Below are positions 15,787-27,200 of a stretch of DNA of 64,000 nucleotides, one piece after another. Position 1 is the stretch's first letter; the number at the start of each line of letters is the position of its first letter. This DNA is from Yuukianura sp. NJ FZ-2021 (lineage: Eukaryota): positions 6,076,001 through 6,140,000 of the forward strand of contig CM102284.1 in the NCBI GenBank assembly GCA_046563655.1, read 5' to 3'. The translations under genes and the position numbers were made by a program. A model generated the notes under the pieces. The model worked only from the letters and a program-made list of their open reading frames with translations. It was not told the origin of the DNA and made no database searches.

Positions 15787-16983
15787 CTAATCAATAAGCA
15801 GCTCGAAATTAATCGTCCCGACATGACTCAGTAGGTGTTGGTCAAGGTTCATATTGTTATCGAACGCCATGCATTGAACTCTGATGATGGTCCTCACTGA
15901 AAACAAAGTTCAGCACTAATTGAATTACAGGCTTTTCTAGTTTTCCTTAGTTAAATTTACAGTTTGAATACCCCACTTACATGTAGGATTTAGAAATTGT
16001 ATGAATATAAAAGGAGCCAAGTAGTTGACCTGACTTCCAAATGGAAAGTACACTTTGGGTATTGCTGGCCGGTCGCTGGGGAAATACTGAATTGGACCAA
16101 TATGTTCTTTATCTTCCTCCGTTAGACCGTCGCAGTATACCCAAATGTAAGCTCCATAGTTTGGGAATTGGCTGACTTTGAGTTCCCAATCAGGTCGAAA
16201 GGTCACTCCGATTTTCCTGTACTTTCCTTTCTTTTCAACTGTTAATGGCCGGCTACTCGGTTTCCAAAAACTTATCTGTTTAGTAAATAGAAATTACTCA
16301 AGTATTAAACACATTGGATCAAAACTTGGAGTTAATCGTTGTTTTTGCAAGTATTATTTGCAGATCTTACACGATTCAAGCGCACCATGACACAAGGGGT
16401 TCCATTTTTGAAACCGAAAGCGTCTTCTCCAAGGTCAAACGGCCCAGTTACATTTTGAATTGACGTTCCATTGCCATAGGGAGTACAGACAGTTCCCCAG
16501 TTCAGGTACTTATGGTCATACACTTTACAAAACTTTCCTTGAGAACTTAAATTTGACATGACTTTTCCGTCTTGATAGGTCACGTTGTGGTCACAGTGGA
16601 CGTATTCCACATCTTTCCGTTTCTCGTACTCTACAATATATTGGAACCGGGACGCCAAGGTCATCAATCGGATGTCAAGCATTTTTGTGTATTTAGATTT
16701 GGTCACCTTTGTTGACCAGTCTAAGCAGTGACTCTGTGTAGATTCTTGTGTGCTGCGGAGTACTTCTGTTGTACCAAATTGTGAATATGTTGTAGTTGTC
16801 TCCTGGCGGAAGTGGAAAGAATCTCATACCGGGCGTTCCTCGCAGGATTGCATTGGTTTCACTATGGTCTCCAGCTTTGCGATGATGCAGAAAGGCGTAG
16901 TACATTACAGCAAGTAGCAGCGCCACGCAGCCATAGAAGCCGATGTACAGGGCAAGGTTCATCACTGCAAAGACGATTTTCAT
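15787..16983 (-). CDS. Na+/K+-ATPase beta subunit paralog A (strongly diverged); 5' exon uncertain
   Basis: Exons 16707-16983 (ALYIGFYG TM, PGMRFFP), 16371-16630 (FGFKNGTPCVMVRLNR), 15981-16275 (WVYCDG, IGPIQYFP, YFPF, YLAPFIFIQF), 15787-15896 (VQCMAFDNN..GTINFELLID*). All six ectodomain Cys present. Confidence 0.88.
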
Positions 16984-17333
16984 CTAAAGGTCATGTAACA
17001 CGTAACAATTGAAAATTGAAAATTCTAATTTGCTTGCAAAGTTCAGAAATTCCAGTTCTTGTTCTCTTCCAGCAGGATTTCAGCTGCGCATGACTTTTGC
17101 TCGGGCCATTTGCCTCCATCTTGCAATCCTCGACGCTGGATGATCTTCAGGAACGACTTTTTTGATTCAGGCGTCCTTATTGGTGAAGCTTTTCTCGAAC
17201 AACAGGTTGAAATATTTTGAATAAATCCTCAACAGATTACTTTTAGAAGAAGCTTCAAGATCAAAATTGACAAAAATGTGATGGATTTGGGGTCGGGAGC
17301 GACGGGAAGCGTGAAATTCATAACATTGGAGGC

Positions 17334-17347
17334 CGTTCCATGGCAAC
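17334..17347. promoter_or_regulatory. Near-consensus RFX X-box in the divergent promoter of beta paralog A and TEX9
   Basis: cGTTCC-AT-GGCAAC: one perfect half-site (GTTGCC on the minus strand), about 140 nt upstream of the TEX9 ATG. Confidence 0.55.
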
Positions 17348-17488
17348 CGAAATGCAAAACAAAGAATATGAAAACAAGTAAGCCGAAAAAGTTTCAGGTT
17401 TTCGGATTGAGCGTTTGTCAGTTTTGCGGCACTTGATTTATAACCTCAAACCCACTTTTTGTTAGTTATCAGTTGACATTTTCATAAA

Positions 17489-18574
17489 ATGAGTCGAGAA
17501 AGCAGTTTTCAATTTCATTCTCTCTCCAGGAGCCGAAGTACCCACGGGAATCCATTTTTAGAAAGAGAGGAAGAGTACAAAAGAATCAACGAACAACTGG
17601 AGAAGAAATCTTCTGAGCTGTTTGACCGAATTGACAACTTCTCCAAGTCTTCACATCGCTTACGTCTAGGAAGCGGAAGTACTGCCAGTATTTTTAGAAA
17701 AACGAAGAGCTTGTACGATGGTGACCGGCACCGCGGCGGCGGGGACTCCTTGACAGATGATGAGCCAACTGCAGAAGTCTACAGCAGTCAAAGCAACAAC
17801 AACTATGAAGATTCTATCATTTCCGACTCAGGAGATGCTGATGAATCAAGTTTTCAGCGAAGACGTTCAAGCATTTCAAGCGATTTTAGTCAACGCTGCT
17901 CAACGGCTGCTGCTCCAGTGATGACCAAACGAAAACCAAGTCGACTTCAACAAGCCACTGAATCTGTGATTAAGAATCTTCAAGGAAAATTGGCCAATCA
18001 GGAAGAGCGAATGGCTCATCTTACAATTCAGTTTCGACAAAAGATACAAGAAAACACAATTTTGGAATCCAAAGTAAAGCTGCTGGAAGATGAACGTGAA
18101 AAACTTTTCAAAACGATCGGAACTCTGCAAGGAACTGTTGAAAAACATGCCAAGCATGCAAGTACATCGAAGTCTGATCTGAACATTAAGGAATCAGCGT
18201 TAGGAGTGCTGAAAAAAGAAATTTGTGAGCTGAAACGTGAACAGCGCAACTATTCTTCCAGTGCTCAAACCTTCCAGACCCGTCTTCATCGAGCACTGGA
18301 AGAGAACCAGTATCTCAAAAATCAAAACAAGTCTTTGACTCAACAAGTTCGTGACCTTGGATCAGCGTCACGTCAACAATTAGATGGTCTCTCACAACGA
18401 ATTCATGAACTGGAACGACAAAAAGGACTTCTTCACTCTAACTTGTTCAAACAGACGCAAGTAATTGAAAAACTGAAACTTCGAAGAGGAGAATTCATAA
18501 ATGGGGGCGGGTCAAGGTCAACTTCAGGACAGAGTCAAGATATCGATGACAAAATGTCATGTTTTTCATCTTGA
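17489..18574 (+). CDS. TEX9: Testis-expressed protein 9-like coiled-coil protein, intronless
   Basis: 361-aa ORF. FLEREEEYKRINEQLEKK, RLHRALEE and LERQKGLL..KQTQVIEKLK correspond to the conserved TEX9 blocks as I recall them (LEEEYKRLNAELQAK, RLNRALEE, LEKQKGEL..KQLKLIDVLK). Confidence 0.8.
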   Translation: MSRESSFQFHSLSRSRSTHGNPFLEREEEYKRINEQLEKKSSELFDRIDNFSKSSHRLRLGSGSTASIFRKTKSLYDGDRHRGGGDSLTDDEPTAEVYSSQSNNNYEDSIISDSGDADESSFQRRRSSISSDFSQRCSTAAAPVMTKRKPSRLQQATESVIKNLQGKLANQEERMAHLTIQFRQKIQENTILESKVKLLEDEREKLFKTIGTLQGTVEKHAKHASTSKSDLNIKESALGVLKKEICELKREQRNYSSSAQTFQTRLHRALEENQYLKNQNKSLTQQVRDLGSASRQQLDGLSQRIHELERQKGLLHSNLFKQTQVIEKLKLRRGEFINGGGSRSTSGQSQDIDDKMSCFSS

Positions 18575-19007
18575 AGATATGCAAAGCAGAAAGTTTGGCT
18601 TACTTCAATGTGACCTAAAGGTTAAAATTAAATCAAAACAGTTACTTTGTAAGTTAATTTACTAAATTTACATAATTTATTTCATTTTTTCAGTATTTCG
18701 AAGCTGCTTATACTCTGGACTTCTAACGGTTGACCTTTGACATTGGAATTTTGAATTTTTATTGACAATTCCTGTTTTTACAAAAAGAAAAACTGGCAAA
18801 ACAATTCTCAAACTAAAAACAATTAAAGCTACAATTGCCAAATTCTGGAGCCAATTTTAGGCCGAGATTTTCAAATTTCCAAAATAGTAGCTTGTAACTT
18901 TTTCAAAATTTTAAAATTTGATACACTTTTTGTGTTTTTCCCTGGTAAATTTCATGACTACGATATTTTTTGGTAAACGAACGGTGTCCGGCACAGTTCA
19001 AAAATTT

Positions 19008-21122
19008 CTAGTCCATCATCAATTCAAAATGGGTTGAACCTACACGGAACTGCCTGTCGTAGCCAATGTTTTTAGCCCATGCTCGACATTCAACTTGAAC
19101 CAAAACGTGTCCTGAAAGGTATCAAAAAACGAATTTCAAAGTTGTTCAAAAGTTTCGAAATTTTGAATTTTTCTGATTTTAGGACAAACTTACTCATAAG
19201 CCCTGGAAATCGGACGAAGACGAACGGTGATTCGTAGCCCTTTTGCATTTGGTATGGAAAATAGTAGTTAGGCAGCATTCCGAATTCTTCCTTGTTCGGA
19301 CTTCCTGGTGAGTAGAATTCAATTGGTCCAGCATTTTCACGATCTACTAGATTCTCGGGTTGACAAGTGACCCAAATCGTCTCCAACTTATGTCCAAAAT
19401 TTTTTAAATTTTTTAAAATTTCAGATTTCGAAAATTATTTTGAATGAATCCTCCATCTTACCTCGCTTGATGAAGTGGCGGCAAGGGATTTGATTTTCTC
19501 CTGAAGTTTTCTTGGCATATCCTCAGGAAGATCATTATTGCCAGTGAAGTGTACTGGCTGCCAGTTGTAAATCTAAATTTCAAAAATATAAAATTTTAAT
19601 TCAGTAACTTTTTTTTGAAAACGTGTTTTTTTTTAAATAGGTACCTTGTTTAGTTTGACCAAGACGCAGGGTGCTGCAGATCCATTTGTGTATCCATAGC
19701 CACTTCCCTGGGCACATTGAGCAAAAGAGTCAACTGCAACGTCACAACCCCTGTCCTGGTCCACTTTCTCTCCATTGCTGTACGTACAAGTTTTTCCATG
19801 GTTTGAACTATTGTATTCTGAAATGAAATTTTGAAAAGTTTTCATGAAATGCAGGTCAACATCAAAAATCCGAGGCGAATGTTTAAGATTCAGGGATTCA
19901 GACAAGACAACTCTTGCAGAGAAGATTTTGGAATCCGAAATGCCACTTTTCTCAGGAATTATGGAAATTTGAAATTTCGCAACGTGACATGGGAAATTTA
20001 GCAAAAACGTGAAGTTTTTACCACAACTTTTCAAATAATGTAAGGTTAATACTCACTTTCGCTAAAAAATTTATCCAACTCATTCGCCCAATACGATTCA
20101 TGATGGTCCCTTTCAACATCGAACCAAATGAGAGTCGATTCAGCATTCTTGTCTTGGTCCGGCATTGGTCGAAATCCAACTCCAGGAATAGTTCCGATGA
20201 GACTTTCATCCAGAAGCCATCGTGGACGTTCTGTCGTTATGCTCAACTTCCAGAACAGGGCAAAACAAGCCAAGGAAAAGATGGCCAAACAGATGTAGAA
20301 AATGATGTAGAAGATTGTAATTTTAGCTAGAAATTTTAAGAAAAGAAAGTTAAAGTCACGCTCCAATGGAGGTCAAAGGTCAAAAGAGAGAACGAGGTCA
20401 AATTAGATCAAAGAGAAGCCAAAAGTGAAACAAAAAGATTTTTCCACTTTCCATTTTTGAACTTTTTCTTCTCTCTTCAGAAAATATCAGTTTCAGCAGA
20501 CAGACAGCATGAATTTTTGAAATTAAATTTTGGGGATCACTTTTCTGTTACATGCTTCTGCATAAAAAAAAAGAAATAGAGTCTTTCACGCGCTGAACTT
20601 TTGACCTTGAAGTGTTTTTCAACAGCGGCTCCTCAGTGTCTCAAAACTTTAAGTGGATAATGAGATAAGTACTAGCGATTTCAAATTTTCAAAAAATTTA
20701 ACACTCAAAATGGAATTTCAAAAAACCATTTTGGTTTTTGAATAGTGAACTCAAGTTATTGTAATTTAAAAAAAAAGATTTCAACGCTGAAAAAACTTGG
20801 ATTTGAAAAAAGAAAAATAGAAAGTAGTAAAAGTGAAAGTCTGAATTTAAAATTTTTGAAAGTTTAGGAGAAAGCTTTCACAAAATACAACAATACACTA
20901 CAAAAATTTTTTGTTCAAGGTCCTTTCTTCTTTTAAAATTTCGACAAAATTCCAGAAAATTTCAAAATTCTCACCCCAACTGGCAATAGTTCTGCCACAA
21001 ATTTCTCCCGTTTCCTTATTGTACAAAAAGTTGCAAATTGCACTGCCTGCTGATCTTTCTTCATTTCCTTTGTTGACCACGTAGAACGTCTTTTTCTTGC
21101 CATCCGACGCTTCCATCTCCAT
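19008..21122 (-). CDS. nrv: Na+/K+-ATPase beta subunit paralog B (nervana family)
   Basis: Exons 20975-21122 ([18 protein letters not shown]), 20057-20326 ([17 protein letters not shown]), 19645-19817 (PCVLVKLNK), 19462-19572 (IYNWQP), 19194-19386 (IWVTC..YYFPY), 19008-19111 ([16 protein letters not shown]). Confidence 0.95.
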
Positions 21123-22544
21123 TGTTGTTCAAGTGCTTTTCCGGACTTTTAGGTAACTTTAGGTTAGTTAGGTTAGGTTCCTTAGCCTAAAAATTAAGGT
21201 TTCCAGCTATAGTCCCTTCGACCCTGTAACGAGAGCAACTAAAAGTAAGTTCACTTCCAGTCCTTCCCAACACTTGAACTAATTCCAACTGGATTTAGGA
21301 AATGTAAGATGAAGAAGGATTCACTTTTATCAGAATCTGGTCCTCTCTTCGTCAATCCTGCAACATAAAGTTTCAATTCAGATTGCATAACTTACGACTG
21401 TAGAAGGACAGGGAAGAGACATAAGTGGTTGTAGGAGTGTCATATACTTACCAGATTGAAAGTCCTTCTAGTAGGGTGACATGACGCTCAGAAGATAGGA
21501 AAACATGCGTAACAATTTAGAAGAGCAAATAGAAGAATAAGGTTAGTTGAAAATTAGAAGTTAAGTATATGGATGAACATTAGTTTTATTAAGAGGGAGA
21601 TTTTAGTATAGACTTAAGAACTCTAACACTCCAGAAAGGATCCCTGGAAACTCTGTGTCAATTAGACTTTTGCTGATTATGGATTAATCAAACTGAGCTA
21701 CACTTTGACTTTCCAAATTCAAACCGCTGAAGTCAACTGCTCAACTCAAAGTACCAATTTTTCTAATGTAAGGCTAAAGAGCTTGCGGTTTAGGCCACTT
21801 TGGAGCTGGTTTTGAGCAGTCTTGAAAAAATCCATGTCAGAGCAAATAAAAGACTTGAAATGGTTATGAATTGTAATAAAGCATTTGTAATTCTTGTTCT
21901 ATTCAAGTGTCGTCAGCGGAAGGAGACAAATGATATGGACAGGCACGTTGAAACAAAAAGTTCAAACAATTTGACACGTTTTTGGCAGCTACTGAGTTTA
22001 ATTCTTACCTGATTTTACAGAATTTCAATTTTTCTCAAAAATTTTGCCATTTTTCTTTTGCTTTGTACTCAACGACTCCAAAAAAGTCTAACCAAAAGCA
22101 GTGCGTTCTTGTTGGTTAAAGCTGCATTCCAATTTTCCGAATTTTCCTAAAGTTTTTCATCCCATTTTCGAAATTTTGAAAGCATTTCATGGAACTGTGC
22201 TCATTTCCCCAGAATTTGGCTTTTCTTAAGCAAAAGCAAAACCACTCGTTTTTGATCATAGCAGTCGACAAATGAGTGAGTAAGTAAAGAAATTGCTTTT
22301 TGGAAAAATTTAACACATCATCACTTTTAAAATGAACTTAGGTAAACACGTACGACTTAAACAGTTTACATAGAGCACATTGGGTTATGTTTTGTAATGT
22401 ACTCATGGTACCTAATGGAACCGGGTTTACTGCTCAGATCTTCCGTGTTATCGTACGTTAAATATTATATTAATTGAAAATTAGTACAATTAATTAATTA
22501 ATATACAACATATGAAATTGTAAGTTAATTAAAACTATGTGTAG

Positions 22545-22869
22545 TACGCCATTTAAGAAACAATTCAATTCAGAATAGGTAGACAGTGAGTGTCGGTTGC
22601 TAAAAAGTCACAGTGTGATGTGTGTTGATTTTTGCGTGTCGTGCAGACTGCTATCCAAAAAGTGGACCCTCGATTTTGGCCGGATGCTATGCGGAGATTA
22701 TGCGGAACAAAAAGGTTCACGCCGTTTTTCAACTTTATTTGTGACGTCACTTGCTCTGACTTTGTGACGTCACTTATCTTATCTCGCATTCCCTTTGCTC
22801 GGCATTCCCTTCCAGTAAATCTACAGAAGAAAATAAATAATTTTCATTTGGCGTCTAGTTGTAGCAATA
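22545..22869. mobile_element. ~330-bp interspersed element, copy 3
   Basis: Highly similar to copies 1 and 2. GTGACGTCAC at 22741-22750 and 22764-22773. Confidence 0.85.
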
Positions 22870-24282
22870 AAGAGTTATAATTTTCAGTTTCAAAATGTTG
22901 AAAAACCAAACTGGTATGATGCATACAATGCACAATGTAATGTGAAATCTGTTTTTTTTTTAATTTTGAAAACATCAAAAATTATATCTTTCAGATCCAC
23001 TATTTCTATTTGAATTTGTAATTTGAATTGTAAACAAGTCTGACGTGCCCGTCTGACTTCCCCGGCACGCTCATGTCAAACGTGAATGAAAATTTTCCAA
23101 CTATAAGATTAGATCTGCAGTGCTGTTTGAACTGCACGAACAGGTCTGCACGATTCTGTCAACGCTGATGAATTCAACAGTTGAAGTAATTTTGGTTGAA
23201 TAGACATGAAATCGCAAAATGTAAAAAAAAAGTTCATTTTTTTTTTGTTTTTTATTATTTCCAATAAGTACATTATTTTAATTAACTCCTTTGCGCTGCT
23301 CTTAATACTACCCTTCAATTAATGTAATTGCACTGCAAAAACCAACAGAGAATGGACCGGGGCAAACTGGGGAGTGGTGGACATAGGACTCGCATCATCA
23401 TCATATTCATCAACATCATCATTTTTTCTGGATAATTAAGTAAGCACTTCACAACCCATTGTTCTAATTTAAGTAATTAATTTAGCAGCAAATTGGAATT
23501 AAGATTAGTTCACACCTAATAAAAACTATTATAAAAATAATTGGTACACAGTAAAGCACAAAAGACGGGATTAGGAAATACTTGATTGATTGACATGAAA
23601 TACTTTGTCGTATGTAATATTCCGAACTTAGCAAAAAAATTGAAATGTTGCTCATCTCCCACGGCGCAACTGCAACCAAGATGTGTTTGTTGGGTAATCG
23701 CAGTATTTGTCTTTTTGTTTGGAAATTGGACTTAGAAAAGCATTGTGGTGAACAAGATGGAAGTTGAAAATCGAACTGTTTTTTTCAAAACAGGAAAGAT
23801 TGTGACAAAAATTGTGGCAAATTTTGACAGAAAGGAAATTTTGCACTCAAAATCAAACAATTACTTAACGTTTTTAAACTACTGGAGGGAATGAAGAATA
23901 TCAAAGACTAGAGGATCAGCAGGAGGGCGACTGGGACGATTGGAAAAAGCTAGGATTTTTGGGAGCCAACGAAAAAGTTATTCTTTTTTTGAAAATTTTG
24001 ATTTTAAAATTTTCAAAAAAAAATTCCTTAGCTTTATGGGTCGGAAAAAGAAATCAAAAATTTTAGAAGGTGTGGAAGTGGAACCCCATTTAAACTAATG
24101 AACTAATTATTTTTTCCCCTACTAACAAGAAACTGTTTAAGTTACGTTTTTTTAACCAACCATTTTGATTTTGACTAAAATTGAACTTTTTGGGCCACGA
24201 TGACGCAAACCATGGTTTCTGCTGCTGCTGCTGTTTTTACTAAAGTTGAAGGCTGAAGAACACTAATCCAAATGAATTTCCT

Positions 24283-27200
24283 TCAATCAATCATGAGTTC
24301 AAAGTGAACTGAGCCAAGGCGTTCTTGACGACTGGGTACGATGTTTTTAGCCCATGCTTTGCATTCAATTTGAATTAATACGTTGTCTGCAAATTCAAAC
24401 GAAAATGAATTAGTCATTATGAATTACTCTTGTAATTACATGTAATTTGTAGTAATTACATTGAGGCTTGATGAATTTAACGAAAACAAAAGGAGCTTTG
24501 TAATTCCTTTGCTTCAAGTAAGGGAAGTAGTAGCCTGGAATCCCATTAAATTCTTCGTTTTTGAATGCTGGAGAATAGTATTGCAATGGACCAATGTTTT
24601 CACGGTCAGCCGGATTTTCACCTTCACACGTTACCCAAATTGTGTCCAACTAAAACCAAAATTTGAAAAATTATCATTTTTTCGACAACATTTTTTTGAC
24701 AACATTTTTTCGACAAGCTTTTGTTTCTTGGGTAAAAGTCTAACCTGGGGATCACTCGTGCTGTCATTGATCATTCTCTCCAGTTTCCTCAACAGCTCAT
24801 ACGGCATTCCGTGTTTCTTGGCCAAAACCAAATCCTCTGCGGTCTTGTACGGTTCTGGTTTCCATCCGAAAATCTAAAACACCATTTTTTTGAAAACAGG
24901 TTCATAAATTTTTGAAAATTGGTTCCGAAATTGAAGTGTCACCTTGTTGAGCTTAATGAGGACGCAAGGTGTGCCTTCCCCTTGGTCATATCCGAAGTTG
25001 GCATTCTTCTCAGAACATGCCTTGTTCATCGTCGTAATGTCCAGGAGACACCCCTCCTCTGGAGTCGAACGCTCACCACCATATGCACAGTTTTTGTTAT
25101 TGCCAGTTTGACCTGTGTTGTTGTAGTCTGAAAGTTTCAAAATAACAAAAAAATTAGTTAAAATTTCAAAATTTTTCCAAAATCTATGAAATTTTCTGCT
25201 CACTGTCGTCAAAGAACTTGTTGAGCTCCTTGGCCCAGTAGGAGTTGTTCTTTTCTTCGTTTCTGTTGACCCAGATGAGCGTGGATTCGACGTTCTTGTC
25301 CTGATCTGGCATAGGTCGAAATCCGACTCCCGGATTTCCACCAATGAGGCCGTCCGTTCCAATCCACTTCGGTTCGTTCGGATTCAGGGTCAACAGGAAG
25401 ATGTAAAGCATCAAGCCGAAGAAGGCCGCCAGACCAGCAAAGAAGAAGATGTAGAACACAGTGATCTTAACTGTTAAAAAAACAGAAAAAACGAAATTAT
25501 TAATTTTGATTTTAACCTGTTTTCAAATTCTCAGACTCATTTCGTGTCAACTATCGTGAGAATCGCTTTTACGCCTAAATTTTCCTTTTAGATACCAAAA
25601 TTTTGGGATAAAAAATTTCAATTTAGGTCATTTATGATTTCATTTTGTTCAAACAGAGCCGAGTTCTGCTCAGTTTGTTAGCCTAGTACTGCTACTGGCT
25701 TCACAGCACTAAACTTTTCCTAGCCCATAAATTTGAGGGCGCTTGATTAACTCTCCGAATAATTCAGGAGGAGCGTGTCAATTTGTGCAAATTTTTAGCA
25801 CGCTATTTTTTGTTTCACATAATGTTTTTTCAAGGCCTCTTTTGTGTGGACTGTGCAGTGTGGTTGGATCCAGAAGTAAAAACTTTCTGTATTATTTTTC
25901 CTTCACCACTTTACACCATTAGGCGAACCTCCATGGACAATTGGACGCCATCATTAATTCTTTTGTTCTTGTTCTGCTGTGGTACTCTCCAGCAGTTCCA
26001 TAAATTAGTTGCTTCACAGGTCACAGGCAACAGAAGTGAAATTGGCAGAAAATTTATGTGTCTAACATCCTCTTATGTGCCTCTGTGCTCCTGTTTCCGT
26101 TTTAAAGTTTTGCAATCACCTACTTTTGGAAAATATTTTCCATTTAAACGAAACCCCATCAAATCCCAAATTTTCCAGTTCTACTAAAAACTGCTAACCT
26201 TGCTTGTACTTCACTGCATTATGTTTTCTCCAAAAAAGCGCGAAATTGAAAAAAAAATTGAAAAAGAAAAGTGAAAGTCGCTTTCTCCTGAAGAATTATC
26301 GTCGTCTTAGCCCAAAGTCGTTGGAATCAAAAAGTGGCGTTAAAATTCATCAAATTTCAAAATTCGATTGTCTTAAATTCAAACTGAAAATCTAATAGTA
26401 ATTTCAAGTGCCAATGCGGTTTTGATTCCGCGTGTTTCAACTTCAGACCAATTCAAATGCCAAAAAAGTCACATTACAGTTAATCGATAAAAATTAAAAC
26501 TCGAAATTGTGATTTTTGGATAGACGAAATCCGTATTCCTCATGCATCTCCAATTATACATATTTCTGCTAACTTTTTCTTGTAATCTCGCTTATTATTG
26601 CAATTATCAAAAATTGCATCATTTGAACACTTAAAAAAATTGCTGACATGAGCAACTCCTGCGACTCCCTTGCACATTTCTGCTCAAATTTCACCCCGCC
26701 CTAACTACTAAACTGCTGGTCATACCCTAACCTAAAACAGTCTAGTCATTTCCAGCGTGCAATGAACCTAGTTAGTTGGAAATTGCAATAGTCATCTAAA
26801 ACAAGACGCTATAAGTTACGCTTTCCCAAGTTTTCCAGAACCATCCAGTGTGTCCAATTTCAATCGAACCTTGAGTCACCCTGACCACAAATTACAGTAA
26901 TTTAGGTCTGTCTTAGGCTGTTATAACAGAGACAATGCGCGAATAAGTATATAGTATACGAATGTACAAAGCACATGTTGCGTTGGAGAATGTAATAAAA
27001 AACCGGGGAGGTTTTTTGTACAAAACCCGACGACGACCCCGAACATGCGAAAAGTTCTGCCAAAGCAGCTCGCGTTCGCGAGCCCTACCTAACGTAGTAC
27101 ATAAAGTAATGACGTCAAACCTCACGAAAAACCTTTAGCAGTAGACGCTCCTGAACTTTTTTCAGTAATTCTAGAATCCTTAAAAAACTTTCTGGCAAAA

